Source: the human T2T-CHM13v2.0 reference genome, Homo sapiens. Taken from it: DNA of 64,000 nucleotides. A program made the translations under genes and the position numbers. The notes below the pieces were generated by a model. That model did no database searches. It was not told where the DNA came from and worked only from the letters and a program-made list of their open reading frames with translations. Every line of letters starts with the position of its first letter. Positions within the stretch are counted from its first letter, which is position 1. Below are positions 13,843-29,690 of this stretch, piece by piece. Location: the NCBI RefSeq assembly GCF_009914755.1, contig NC_060928.1. One strand, 5' to 3'.

Positions 13843-14080
13843 CATTTATTAAACATTTACCAAGTACTCTGTTGAGTACTTCAAATGCCTTATGTCATTT
13901 AATCTTGTCCACAAACCTGTAAGGTAGCTGATGTTAGTTTCCTCATTTTACAGAAGAGGGAATAGAAAATTACCGAGGTTAAATAACTTGCTTAAGGTTA
14001 TACAACTAGTAAGTTACTAAGCCCATTACTTAGGCTTTGGTGCCTTGACTCCAAAGCTCGTGTGTTTGATCTCTGTGCTC
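13843..14080 (-). mobile_element. MIR SINE
   Basis: Antisense MIR pattern 'tcatttaatctt...cattttacagaagaggg...gaggttaaataacttgcttaaggttatacaactagtaag'. Confidence 0.8.
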
Positions 14081-16373
14081 TACCATTTTGGGGCTGGTGG
14101 TCCCTGTGTAATTTAATGAAAAACGCCTGAGTATACCTGAATATATGTCTTCATTACAAAGTGATTATAAAATTTTTTTTGATTATTTACTTTGACTTCT
14201 CTGATCTGCTGTGTGGATAATTAAGGGTTGAATGTTCAGAAAATTTACTATTCCGCCCCTTTCCTTAGGGAGTTTACACATAGTAAAATAAATAAAATTG
14301 TCATTCTTTACTACTTGCCCAACATTGCACTCCCCAGGTGAGCTGGTAAGTGGCTATTTATGTGACAGTTTTTTAATGACTACCCAGTTCCTTCTTGTGG
14401 CCGGAAACAGCACACTGGTTAAAGCACTGAGCCTGTAAATCACAGCAATTATAGGGGACACAGTTTAGATCAAAACCAAGCAAAATCAATTCTGCTTCTG
14501 AGCCGTTTATACTTTGTAGCTTCTTGTTACTATCTAGTATAAACCTTCTCCGATTTTTTGTGCATTCTCTGACCTTTTACCATTAGAATTTTAATGGATT
14601 TGCTATGGACATTAGGGCACATATGCTTTAGTTAAGGGAAGAAAGTAATTTAGGAGTTTTCCAGATAATTAGAGTAATAACCTTTGGCTTTGCACTTTTA
14701 TAAATATTTTAAAGCAGTATCTCCAAGGCGAGGTGGTGAATCCTAAGGAATGAGCCCAGTAGTTCATTGGGTGTAGGAAGAATATTTTAGAAGGTCTGTT
14801 TCTATCTTTACCTTTTACAAATTTCTGTTTTGTGTTTAAAACGTACATTATACATTTGTATATTAGTGTCTGTATGATTACTAATTTATTTATTTGTGCT
14901 TATTTAAAAAATCTATTAGTGCATAATCATATGTTTTTAACTGAGAACATTTTCAGCTCCAGTCATTTCATTAGGCTTAGGAAGTCTATCTTACTACGTA
15001 ATCTTCGCTCCCAGCCCATTTTGTTTATTCGTTTGCGCATAATACCTTTGATTATAATCATTTCTGCTGGGGTAACTGTGATATGATCCATTTAGTATTC
15101 TGTGCCACTTCCCAAAGACATGATATATCATCAACTTCTTGATTATATGTAGGTGGGTCATCTGCCCTGTCAGATTCTGTCCCAGGCAGGCTTTCTCCAA
15201 ATGTGAGGAATGTGCCAGTACATTGTGTCACATTGTTGAAAGACTATTGGTCCCAGAATCATATTATTCATTTCCATAACAATACAAATGACTTCAGTAT
15301 TATTGCACATTTTGGGTTCTCTGAAGCACAGTACAGATACATAGTACTCTCAGTGCAGACAAGTCTTGAGTTGAAGGTAAGGATAACTTTGTCATAGGGG
15401 ATACTGTTTAGTTGTTAAATATTTTCTTTTATAAAGTTGAGACACTCATGGTCTTACTGTTGGCTCAGCCATTTCTTTACCTTTGGACAGGTGTTTTTAA
15501 CCTTTTTTTAGGCTTGATGTTTCCTTTTAAATAAATCTGGAAAATGCTCTCAGTCTCTGCCTACAGAGGCTCTTGAGGGCCTTTCTGTTATCTTTATGAA
15601 TGAAAATGCTGGTTGAAGAAATCTATGTGAATGTAAAAGTGTTATTGTTCAATGGAGATTTACTGAGCACACACTCCAGGCATGTCGCTGTAGGCATCAC
15701 ACGTGGGACTTGAGAATGTATAAGCCTTGGTCTGGGCTTTAAAAAATGTATAAGCTAATTCAGATGACAATGCAAGATACATTATTACAAAATGAATAAC
15801 CATGATTACAGGAATTAAGTCAAGAGAAGGGGCTATTATGGCTGGAAATGGCCTGGGAATGGAGAAAGTGAGATTTTGCTACGTTGGCTATGGAAAAGGA
15901 AGGTTTTGATGACAGACAGGAAAATAATATTTCAGAGAATGGATACTAGGAATAAATGCTCAATTTCAGCTTTTTTGGATGGTACATATAAAAGAGGGGA
16001 AGGCAAAAAAATCAGAGCCAGGCAGAGATGTGGGACCAAGAGTAAGATAAGGAATGAGATCTTCAGCTGGGGGAAATGAATGCTACTTATTTGTTGTTTT
16101 GGAGTTTCATACGTTAGCTCTTGGCTGTGAGTTGTTGGGCTGGGGTGGGTGAAGAGCAGTTGCAGAGGATTGGGAAAAGAGCTCCAGTTTGACATAAGCT
16201 CCTAGGCCTACTGTGACTGCAGCCCCTGGGTTCACCTGAGGCAACCCAAGAAAAACCTGTAAGGCTGGTAGGGAATGAGGCATAGACAAAGCTGGGAAGC
16301 ATTTTATTTGCCCAGGTGTCTGTTACCTGCCCAGTGTAATGCTTTTTTAAATGTTAAATTAGCAAAAAGTGTT

Positions 16374-16672
<299 letters not shown>

Positions 16673-17289
16673 ATGAAGGCAACAAAAGCCTGTGGTATCC
16701 CAAGTTCTGTATGTTAGGAGACTTAAGTATAAATTCAACATAATTAACTTGTATTTGACAGGTTCTGTTCTGCTATTTGTTAATAGCCTCTTTTCCAGAG
16801 CTTGAGTTAAAAAGCAAACATTGATGGAGGAGATCTGCTTGCCCACTTATACCTTAGAGCCTGTCAGAGGCAGCTAGTTATACAACCAGCCATCATCCAA
16901 GCAGTCTGTGATTCTGGAGAGTTGCCAGGGGAGAGACCTTAAATGGCCCAGTGGTGCACTTGAGGTTCCCAACTGCTTCTGGGTCCAGTGATCTCATGGC
17001 ATCCCCAGAATCATTCTAGAGTAGACTTTCAGGAATGGTTGCATTCCAAATAGTGACACTGAAGAGTCTGGGCTGTAGAAAGTAGCCCCTGACTTCCTGT
17101 CACCTTCTGAGATGCCATTTTATGCTATAAGTTGCCAGAGCAATGAATCTCAAACCCAGATCTGTCTGGTTCATTCCTCTGGTTGAACCTTTCAGTGGCA
17201 TCTGGCCACCTACAGCCCAGGATGACACACAGAATTTGTTACGTCCTGGCTTCTGTTACTCTCTGCCTCTCATTTAATCTCCAAAAATG

Positions 17290-17865
17290 CAAAGTTGCTT
17301 GGGGTTCCTAGCCACCCCCTCTCCTGGCAGCGTCCATCATGCTGTTTCATCCCTCTGTGCCTTAGGCACTCCTTCTTCTTTCTGCCTGAAATATTCCTCC
17401 CACTGGTTAAATGCCTGTCCTTCTACAGGCCTCATTTGAGGGATCATTTGCTCTAAGAAACCTTCCCTGCCCTCTTTCATGCTCCCACCCCATGTTCAAG
17501 CATTAACCTGAGTATTCTATCACTCTTACACCAACCACCTTTTAATTTAATTACTTATATTTTTAGAGAGAGAGTCTCTCTATGTTGCACTGGAGCGCAG
17601 TGGCTATTCACAGGTGTGATCATGGCACACTACAGCCTTGAACTCCTGGCTCAAGAGATCCTGCTCCCTCAGTCTCCCAAATAGCTGGGACTGCAGAGAT
17701 GTGCCACTGCGTGTAGCCCAACCACTTTTTATTAAAATTACATATACAGTATCTTCTTCACACTCATTACGGGCTCCTCAAGATCAGAGGCCATTTGTAA
17801 CTTACATCCCCATTGCCCGGAACAGAGTGTGACATATAGTAGATGTTCAATAAATGATTGAACTG
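17290..17865 (+). mobile_element. L2 3' fragment interrupted by a FAM
   Basis: L2-like 'ctctaagaaaccttccctg' and terminal 'acatatagtagatgttcaataaatgattgaactgaa'. Confidence 0.65.
17546..17718 (-). mobile_element. FAM (fossil Alu monomer)
   Basis: Monomer retaining the 7SL/FAM-specific segment 'gcagtggctattcacagg'; flanking direct repeats caaccacctttta / caaccacttttta. Confidence 0.85.
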
Positions 17866-18990
17866 AAAGGCAGTCAGTATGAAATACAAGTTTAAAAGAG
17901 CTAGGCAACTTAGGAAACAGCTTTCAACATACACTAATTTTAAAACATTGTATAATTTGTCACCGGCAAGATCTTTGGACTTGGCATTAAATGATCTGGA
18001 AGAGTGTGTGTATATACTTAATTTTTATAGTAGTCTATTAGAACAGTTTATTCTCTAGTAGACTGTTGTTTTTATCTCTTGCCTTTGTTTCTTTGTTTTT
18101 ATCTGAATGGAAAAGAGGACAGAAATAGTAAGAAGCATTAGCCCACCAGGCAATAAACTATTCAACTAGACTGCCATGTGAATTAAATTCCCTACACTAG
18201 TTATTTTTGATGGCACAATTGTACTTTCTGAAGCTTCATGGACCTTGCTCTATTCATTTTCTATCTGCTCCTTTCAAGCATTGAATTCCAAAAGGTCTCT
18301 GCTCTTAGAGCCAGGAGAACAGAGGAGGTGGGTTAAAACAAATCAATTGGAAATGCACATTTCTGTCTTTGCTTCTAGTTAGTTAATAGCCCAGAATGAC
18401 TTCTTTCTACCTTCAGCCTTTAAAAATAAGCTGTTTAAAAATTTTTTAGGCTAAGAAAATATCAGAGCTCAAATAAAGTAATAGTGATGGATGAGGAAAA
18501 GTCAGTGGGTTTAGTAACCTTTTTCATCTTGGAGGGGGTAGGGATGGGAAAAAACAGAACCATCTAGATTGGTTAATTAAGTCAAATGTCTTCCCACAAA
18601 AATGAAAAACAGATAATATACTTGAGTTATGGTATTTTGTGTGGAGCTCCAAGTAGCCCGAATCTAAAGTCTAGAGCATCCATGCATGGATTTGACATGT
18701 GTACTGTATTTGAGTCTCATTCCCTTGCTCTGCTCATCTCCACTCTTTTGCTCTGTGCCTTGTACTAGACTAAATGACAGAGAAAAATTAAGTAAAGCCT
18801 TTGAGAGATGAACAGTTGGGACGTATTAGAGAACTCTGATTCATTTTCTAAATATCTTAGTAAATTGATGTTTGTTAACATTTCAAAAAGTTCTCTCTCT
18901 CTTCCAAGACTTACAGGTAGCTCTAGCCTTGACAGTAGAAGGTAAAGTGAACCAAAGTTATACTTCTTAAGTTAGATGGCCGAGGCATTA

Positions 18991-19451
<461 letters not shown>

Positions 19452-20372
19452 TCATAAGGCCTTTCCATAACTGTTTTATCCAAGATTTAGGCAAGCCTCT
19501 GGAGCTCAGGGCTGGAGCTGACATTAAAAAACTGGTGTTAAGTGAATACGTATTATAAAGCTGTTATCTTAATATAAAAAGAAGTGACTTGGTAGAGGTC
19601 TCCCTGTGGAAACAGATGCACAAGGAACACTTCATACTGAAAGACACAGCTGTTAAGTAATGAACAAGGACTGTATGGAAACTTTTGTGTAGTTATTTGG
19701 TACATTAAGTGGAATTTGGCTTTAGATGGCTAAATCTTGCCCTTCAGTGTGTTGGAAAATATTGCATAGTAACTTGTTTTTTTCCACAATGCCACCTTAT
19801 TTTAGCATTCCAAAGGATTTGGAAGTATGGGTTTTACACATATGACTTTCTTAAAATAACTAGGCTCTAACTTTGGTAGCATAAATAATTACCTACTGAT
19901 ACATGCATGTATGTAAGACATAGAATAATATTAAGTGGAATCAAAGCTAGTCTCCTGAGAGAGAAACACTTGTGTTTATCCTGAAGGGTAATCATTTGTA
20001 GCTGACATACAATTAAGTGATTTATGTAGAGCCTTCATTTTGAAAGCATTTGCACTTCCTGTTTAGAATTTGTGGCCATTTGAAATTCAGGCCAATTATC
20101 ATTGGGTCACAGGGGCCATCATAAGGGATAAGGATAGGAGTATCTGATACTACTTAGTGAAAGAAATACGCTATTTATTAATCTTATTTAGCCCCAGTAA
20201 TTCTCACATTTTTAAGTCAAATGGCTTTGAAATTAGGTTAAATTTAGCTCTATAAATTCGATATTTTTAAGAGCATTGTTCACACTGTTGATTTTTATGT
20301 GTTTCTTTCTTTTTGGAATTGTGATACTTTACATTTAGGATCAATATGTGATCAAGGCTAATGATGCATCCA

Positions 20373-20410
20373 AACACACACACACACACACACACATACA
20401 CACACACACA
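20373..20410. repeat. (CA)n microsatellite
   Basis: About 19 CA units with one TA interruption. Confidence 0.95.
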
Positions 20411-23400
20411 TGTCTGCGTTTCTTAAAGTTTGTAGATCAACAAATGTCTAGCTATGATCCGCAAAACGTTTAAGTTGCTATTTCTGATTTCAGCTGGTTT
20501 ACTTAATTAATGAGCGTGGGCTTTATAAGGTGTTGAGGTGTTGATTAGTTTTTTAAATGGTATTTTCAGCCTAACAAAGTAAATTTGTTTTATAATTTGG
20601 AAATATTTGCAAAGTATATTTTGGTTGCTTTCATTCTTTTACCTGCTGAGATCCCTCTGGCCCCATTAATTTTGTTTTTTTTCTCCTGAGCTGAATCCCT
20701 GAGACTGTCTAGATAGCTGAGAAGAAGCCAGGTATGGGAAATGAGTCAAGGTTGAGAGTATAAGACAGCTGGTAATCAGGAGTAGACCAGGCCGGGGGAG
20801 CCACTGTGAGCAGCATGAAATCGTGGCATCCATAGCACTGGAAGGTAAAAGTTGGTATGTGGGTGGAACTCTCAGCAAGCAGAAATCAGGGACACAGAAA
20901 TATTGGAGTTTGATGGGAGTGATATGAAAAGAGGGCACAAAAGGAAAAAATAAGGAAAAGTCCAGGTCACATCAGAGATCAGTTTATAGAAACTGAAAGA
21001 ACTATGACACTATTGGAGTGACAAACTTGGGACATTGGGACAGAAGTTCTTTGGCATTTCAGTGCAAATTGTGCTCTAGTCAAGAAGCTTCTTAGGCATT
21101 CCCTGCCAACATAGGAACCAGTCCCAAGGTTGGGCCACCAGAGCCCGCTTGTAAAAGCAGGTCATGGGTGTGTCTGCCTGGAAAGGAAAAGGAGGTAGCC
21201 TGGGAAGGTCCTAAGGAGAGAGGTTAAGGACATGTGGCAACACAAGCATAATCAGCACTTTGCTGAGCCTTGTGTGTTCCATGACTCACATACATTGGTT
21301 ATAACACACCCATCTTCCAGGCAGTAAAACCAGTGGGTTAGAGCTGGGTCTTCAATGTGTCTGCTCCATCTGAAGGCAGTATAAGGGAACTACTATAAAG
21401 AGGGTAAAGATGCTTCAGTTTAAAAGCTGCTAAACAGTTTGCATTCTGTATAAAAATCTTAGTTCTCTTTTTAAAGTTTTTCATAGCAAAAAGAGGTCTG
21501 TTTGTAAAGGATTGAATTGGAATAAATAATATAAATGAAAGTTAATGAGAAAAATACAATTTATGGTTATGTAAATAGACTTTTGCTGTATCTTTCATAT
21601 TTGCATGCACATATATTGTATATATAAAATATAAATACATATGCATATTTATAAATTTATATTGCTTAGAAATTGCTGAGTCTTAAGAGATCTCTAATTG
21701 TTAATTGTTTTAAACTCAATGGTTTGGTCTTTTTTGGGCATTAGTACATGATTACTTTGTCTACCTTTGTTTTTATTTAAATTATGAAATTAGGTAAACT
21801 TACAGGAAGGAATAACTAATTAACCTTAAAATCTCATTTATATCTCTTTAGACTCAATCATATATCTACTTGGCAATGTATTTGCTTTTTAACTTACATT
21901 TTAATGATATAAAACGAATTTACTTAGTATTTATTTTTGATGGGTCTATTGTATGGTGATATAACATATTTTGATTCTAATTCTCTTATTCTTGACCATT
22001 TGAGTCAATAGTATTTTTTTTTTCATTATTGGAAAATTGAACATTTTTTAGCAAATTATTTTTGGGTTGTTTCCTTGGGGCATTTTCCCCAAAGTCAGAT
22101 TAACAAGTCAAAGGGCAGGAACAATTTTATAGCTCCTATTACATATTGCCATATTGTTTTCCAGAAAGATTGAGCTAATTTGCCACTCCACCATCAATGT
22201 ATAAAGCACAGCCCCAGTTTTAGATAGTTTAGACAGTCTGGGCACACATGAAAAGTATAATTACATTTTTACCCTGAGGCCTAGCTGTAAAGATAGCTCT
22301 CCTAAGTAAACTCAATATATGGACTTTGAAATTATAGAACTGATAAGGCATGAATTTTGTTCTTCAGAATGTGGAGGCTTGAAGTTAGGGACTTTTGGGG
22401 CTGGACCATGTGTGGTGTGGAGGTAGAGGGTCCCTTTGGACCAGTGTGGTACTGTGATTGCATTCTATTGAGATGTTGGTAAGGCCCAGAACAAAGGGAT
22501 GGGAGAGAACCAGGTCCCAGTGTTGCTGCTGCTAGGAAGGTCACCAGGTGCAAGGAATCCTGGAGGGCTTGGTGGAGGTTGTAGGATAGTGGGTGCACTT
22601 TGGAGTCAGGCATGCAGCAAAGAAGAGGATGTCTAGTGGCTGTCTTGTGGCCACTAGTCAGTGGGCCAGGTACTCCCTGGGTAGGGGCTAGCCAAAGGCC
22701 TTCCTTATTAAAAATGTCAACTTAAGGGTGTTAGGGTGATTTTTTTGCCTTTGTGACACAGCATTATCAACTTTATAATGGAAGTCAATAGAGATTATAC
22801 TTTCTGTGGAAATTCTTTTATTCTGTAAGGATGGACTTGCCTGGTCTATAACGATTTTTTTCCCTGTTTCTGACAAGGGAGAGACTTAGACATTTCCCTG
22901 AGAAACAAATTTCCCTCATTGCTCATGCATGCATTATCCCTTTGCCAGCTTCCCCAATGACTTGCAAAAATTCCATAACCTAAGTACTTGCACAGAACAT
23001 GTAACAGCACATCATAGGACTGGACCTGGAGGGTACTGCAAAAGACACATAGATTCCATGCAATTCAGAAAGGCAAAAACGGACAAAGATAAAGTCATTG
23101 ATAAATGTTTGGTTGTTTAAAAATTATCGTATGTGTATATTTTCAAGGGAGTAAATGGAATGAATATTATACCAGAAATTCTAAGTCATGAAGTTAAATG
23201 GAAGTTGAGATAACAGATTGTTTTAGTTTCCAGGTCGCAAAGTGGAAGTAAGTATCTGTTGGCAGAGAAAGGTGAGAAACCTTCAGATGCTAGCAGTGGG
23301 AAAGGAGAGAAGCTGACTAGGGCTGTGAGGTGACCTATTTAGGGATTTTTATTTAAATTGTTAATTGAGTTTTTTGTGGTAAAGTATATATAACAAAATA

Positions 23401-23415
23401 GGCCACCTTAACCAA

Positions 23416-23673
23416 TTTTGTTTTTTGTTTTGTTTGAGACAGGGTCTTTCTCTGTTGCCCAGGCTGGAGTGCAATGGCACCATCAAGGCTCACTGCAGCC
23501 TCAACCTCCTGGGACTCAAATGATCCTAATACCTCAGAGTCTCAAGGCATGCACCACCACACCCAGCTAATTTTTAAAGTTATTTTGTAGAGATAGGGTC
23601 TCACTATTTTGCTCAGGCTGGTCTTGAAGTCCTAGGCTCAAGTGATCCTCCTACCTTGGCCTCCCAAAGTGCT
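23416..23673 (-). mobile_element. AluJ, 5'-truncated with an internal deletion, apparently within an L1M fragment
   Basis: 'gagacagggtct...ctgcagcctcaacctcctggg...gctcaagtgatcctcctaccttggcctcccaaagtgct'. Confidence 0.9.
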
Positions 23674-24551
23674 TAATTATCAGCTCTATTTCCAAAACTT
23701 TTTAATCACTCCAAACTTTAGGAATTTGTTTCATAATTGGTTGTCTCAGAATTTTTAAGCTTAAAGAAACACAGCATTCAAACCCTTCATTTTTTAGTTT
23801 CAGTACATGCCATATGCTAGGGTTGATTCTACTAGTTGTATGTCTCTTGTTTATCAGTTTCCTTTAATCTTTTCTGTTGCTGCATGTTTGGTTGAAGAGG
23901 GCATCCATCCAAGTAGGGAAGGGAGGATATTGTTCTGTCAAGGGCATATGAGTAGCTGTGTTCCTCTGCTGAGATCTCCAAAGCAATTCTATTTGTAGGA
24001 GAACATGGGTAGTATGGTTTCCTTTTGCTTATTTAATGTATTTTAAAATTAAAAAGCAATATTATACATCAACAATCTAGAAAAAAATTTAAGAATTTGT
24101 CACGACTTTGAACATCAAAATGATTCTTTTTGCATATTTTTTTACATACGTCTTTGACATAATTATTATGCATCTAACATCTACGAATAGCTTGCTTTTT
24201 TCATCTAACATATCACTTACAGTTTCTCATTTTCCTCAGTTATGTTCATAATAAATAATCCAAAGAATGCATGTAGCTTAATTTATATAACCATACTATT
24301 TTCTTCAATATTTAGATTGTTGAAATTTATAACTGTGTAAGTAAACATCTTCAGACATCTTCTTTCTATAGTTTAACTCCTTCATTTTAGTGTTTGAGAG
24401 GGAGACACACACACACACACACAATGCCCACACATATCTTGTGGGCAGTGGCTCCTGCATTTTTGGTGACAATTTGGTAAAATCAGTGGTGATATGTTTT
24501 TGTAATTATGATAAACATCAGATGGATGACAAATGCTTGACTTGGTTACAG

Positions 24552-25178
24552 GTTGTGAAAATCTTGGAGAAGCACGACCCCTTGAAGAACACCCAGGCAA
24601 AATATGGGTCTATCCCTCCAGATGAGGCCAGTGCCGTGCAGAATTACGTAGAACACATGCTCTTCTTGTTGATTGAAGAGCAAGCCAAAGATGCTGCAAT
24701 GGGGCCGATTCTGGAATTTGTGGTCTCTGAGAACATCATGGAGAAACTTTTCCTTTGGAGCTTGAGAAGGGAGTTTACTGATGAGACTAAAATTGAGCAG
24801 CTAAAGATGTATGAGATGTTGGTCACCCAGTCGCACCAGCCTCTGCTGCACCACAAACCCATTCTGAAGCCTCTGATGATGTTGCTGAGCTCTTGTTCAG
24901 GAACAACCACCCCCACTGTGGAGGAGAAGCTGGTTGTCCTACTCAATCAGCTCTGTTCCATTCTTGCCAAAGATCCATCCATTTTAGAACTCTTCTTCCA
25001 CACTAGTGAAGACCAAGGCGCTGCCAACTTCCTCATCTTCTCCCTTCTGATTCCCTTCATTCACCGAGAGGGGTCAGTAGGCCAGCAAGCTCGGGATGCA
25101 TTGCTCTTCATCATGTCTCTTTCTGCTGAGAACACCATGGTGGCCCATCACATCGTGGAGAACACCTACTTTTGTCCA
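24552..25178 (+). CDS. FHIP1A: FHIP1A coding exon, aa 36-244 (VVKILEKHDP...VENTYFCP)
   Basis: Acceptor ttacag|GTT, donor CCA|GTAAGT; 627 nt stop-free. This is the core of the 317-aa ORF in the track, with FHIP/RAI16-like helical sequence (LELFF, FLIFSLLIPFIHREG, GQQARDALL). Confidence 0.97.
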
Positions 25179-25687
25179 GTAAGTCTCTTTCCTTGGCATG
25201 TTTTCCACTCACTCCCTTTTTTCTCTTCTGTTGCTAGTGATGAATACTTTCTTACTCCCTTTTTTTCTCCCAGTAAGTTGTACTTGGCACTTCCTATGGA
25301 AGGATGTTTAGAGGAAATCTTTGGAGGGAGCAGACGAATCTAAGTTGAGACGCTATTTGGCTGAGCAGCATCAGCTCATCATAAGCCAACAAAGGAGGCT
25401 AGATGTGTTACCATTTTTGGTTAATTTTTACTGCATTAAGAATGATTTTAGTTGTTCCAGGAGCATATCCTGAGAGATTGGTAAAACCTGTGCTTTCTGA
25501 TTCTTAGCTTTTCAGGTTGATTTTGCTCCAAGGAATCATGGCATGTGATAAGACCTCCACTGCTAGTTTCACAAAGTAATTTGTTTCTCAGCAAGAAAAT
25601 GACCACTAGTTTTAGTGTATTTTGTTGTCATAGGAACATGGGGGGGTGGAGTGGGAGTTCAACAGTCAGTTAGTGTGCAGGGGCCAC

Positions 25688-26525
25688 GCTGACAACAACA
25701 AATGCTGGCAAGATGTGGAGGAGTAGAAACTCTCATTTGTTGCTGATGGGAATGCAAATTGGTACACTTACTTTGGAAGACAGTTTGGCAGTTTCTTACT
25801 AAACTAAACATACTCTTGCCATGTGGTCCAGCAATTGCACTCCTTGATATTTACCTAAAGGTGTTGAAAACTTATGTCCACCCAAAAACCTGCACATGGA
25901 TGTTTATAGAAGCTTTATTTATAATTGCCAAAAACTTGGAAGCAACCAAGATGTCCTTTAGCAGGTGAATAGACAAATAAAGTGGGGATATATGCAGATA
26001 ATGGAATATTTTTCAGCTAAAAAGAAATGAGCTGGTAAGCCATGAATAGATATGGTGGAACCTAAATGCTTATTACTGAGTGAAAGAAGCCAATCTGAAA
26101 AGGCTACCTACTGTATGATTCCAACTATACGACATTCTGGAAAAGGTAAAACTATGGAGACAGTAAAAAGATCATTTTTTTCCCCTGAGCATTGGGGCAG
26201 GGTGAGGGATGAATAAGCAAAGCACAGAGGAATTTTATGGCAGTCAAATTACTTTGTATGATACTAGAATGGTGGGTACATGTCAATATACATTTGTCCA
26301 AACCCATAGAATGTAAAACACTGAGTGAGCGCTCATGTAAACTATGGTTTCTGGGGTGACTATAATGTGTCACTGTGAGTTCATCAGTTGTAACAAATGT
26401 AGCACTCTGGTAGGGGATGTTGATAATCCGGGAGGCTGTGCATGTGTTGGGGCAGCGGCTATGTGGGATATCTCTGTACCTTCCTCTCAGTTTTGTCATG
26501 AACCTTAAACTGCTCTAAAGAAAAC
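25688..26525 (+). mobile_element. L1M (L1MC-like) ORF2 end and 3' UTR, sense to the gene
   Basis: Track ORF 25759 reads like the L1 ORF2 C-terminus ([39 protein letters not shown]), followed by an L1MC-type 3' UTR. Confidence 0.85.
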
Positions 26526-26679
26526 CTCTTCAAAACGGCAGTTTTGAGAGGGAGCTATACGTGGTTTGGGTTTTAGCTTATTTGAATTGTTTAATTCAAT
26601 TGTGTAATTCTGCTGTTAAAGGAGAGCAGGTATTGTAACAAATCAAAATATTCAGGTGGTTCACTTGATCAGTATGCAA

Positions 26680-28550
<1,871 letters not shown>

Positions 28551-29489
28551 AAATATGACAAGAAGATTTCCATTTAACTGCATCATAAGCAGATTTTAGT
28601 TGAGCATTGCTTTTATAAAAACATATTTTAAAACACTGTACAGATCATTAAAGTTGGAGGGAAAACAACATCTCCAGCTGACCTTGTTTGCTAGAATGGA
28701 ACACGAGCTTCATTGTGTTAAGTTGCCCCTCAGGATAGATCCCATAATCTCATTTGTACCCAGTTTTCTATAATTACATCTGACAACATAATTAAAAAAA
28801 AAGCCCTCTTTATGTTGAAGATAAAAGCATACTCTATTAACCATCCAGCTAAGGACAACAATTGAGAAAAAGGTTTCTCTAATTAGTATGATTGTCAAAG
28901 TGTGTTAGCATCAGGCTGTTGGAACAGTAATGACTCTTTCAGGAAATCGGACCACTTTTGGAAACCTTTACTGTTATAGTTGATAGGAAGAGCTTGCTGG
29001 TTCTGCTGCCTCATAGCTCAAGATGTGCTTTCCCAGGAAAAGAAGGAGATTGAAGATACTCTAGGGAACAATTTGGTGCCAACAAAAGGATGGGGACTAA
29101 ATGACCCTGTCACTTTTTTTTTTAAAACCAAATATTGATGGTTAAGCCCATGCCACTGTTATATATTGGCAAATGTAGAAAACAGTGTGTACATAAATCA
29201 AGTGATGCAAATTAAAGCAAGCGACCTTTAGGTACACAGCCACAGGTAGAATGTTATTTATCCCGTATCCAAAATTTATGAGATTTTTTGTTTTAGCAAG
29301 TTGTATCAAATAGTCCCTACCAGGTGTTATGCTGCGAGCTTCAGACTAAAGCCATCTGCCAAAAATCTTTGTGTTTGCTAAAATTAACCAGATATCATTA
29401 GATGTTTAAAGTTAAACATTACTCATTCACTGCTCTGTGCATGTCATCTTTCTTTCTTTTTTTTTTTGTATGTCATCTTTCTTTCCTTC

Positions 29490-29690
29490 ATTGGAAACAT
29501 TTCTGTGCGTAAAACATTATGCTAATCTTGGTAGATGCATTATTTTCTTTAATCCTGGCAACAACTTAGTGAAGAAATGGAAATTTAGAGAACTTTAATA
29601 ACTGCCTGTCAGTGGCAGATTCTGGTTCAAAACTGCATTTGTCTGATACTTAAGTCCTTGGTCTCAGCAACTGCCACACTATACTGCTGC
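29490..29690 (-). mobile_element. Degenerate MIR
   Basis: 'ttaatcctggcaacaactt...gaagaaatggaaatttagaga...agtggcagattctggttcaaa'. Confidence 0.55.

Noticed and set aside
24644-24946. 100-aa ORF antisense to the large exon
   Set aside because: Shadow frame of a coding exon with no independent support.
24390-25343. 317-aa ORF as a stand-alone single-exon gene
   Set aside because: It starts at a non-ATG codon in intron sequence including a CA repeat. Only 24552-25178 has splice signals and joins the other exons; the 3' extension is treated separately as a possible isoform.
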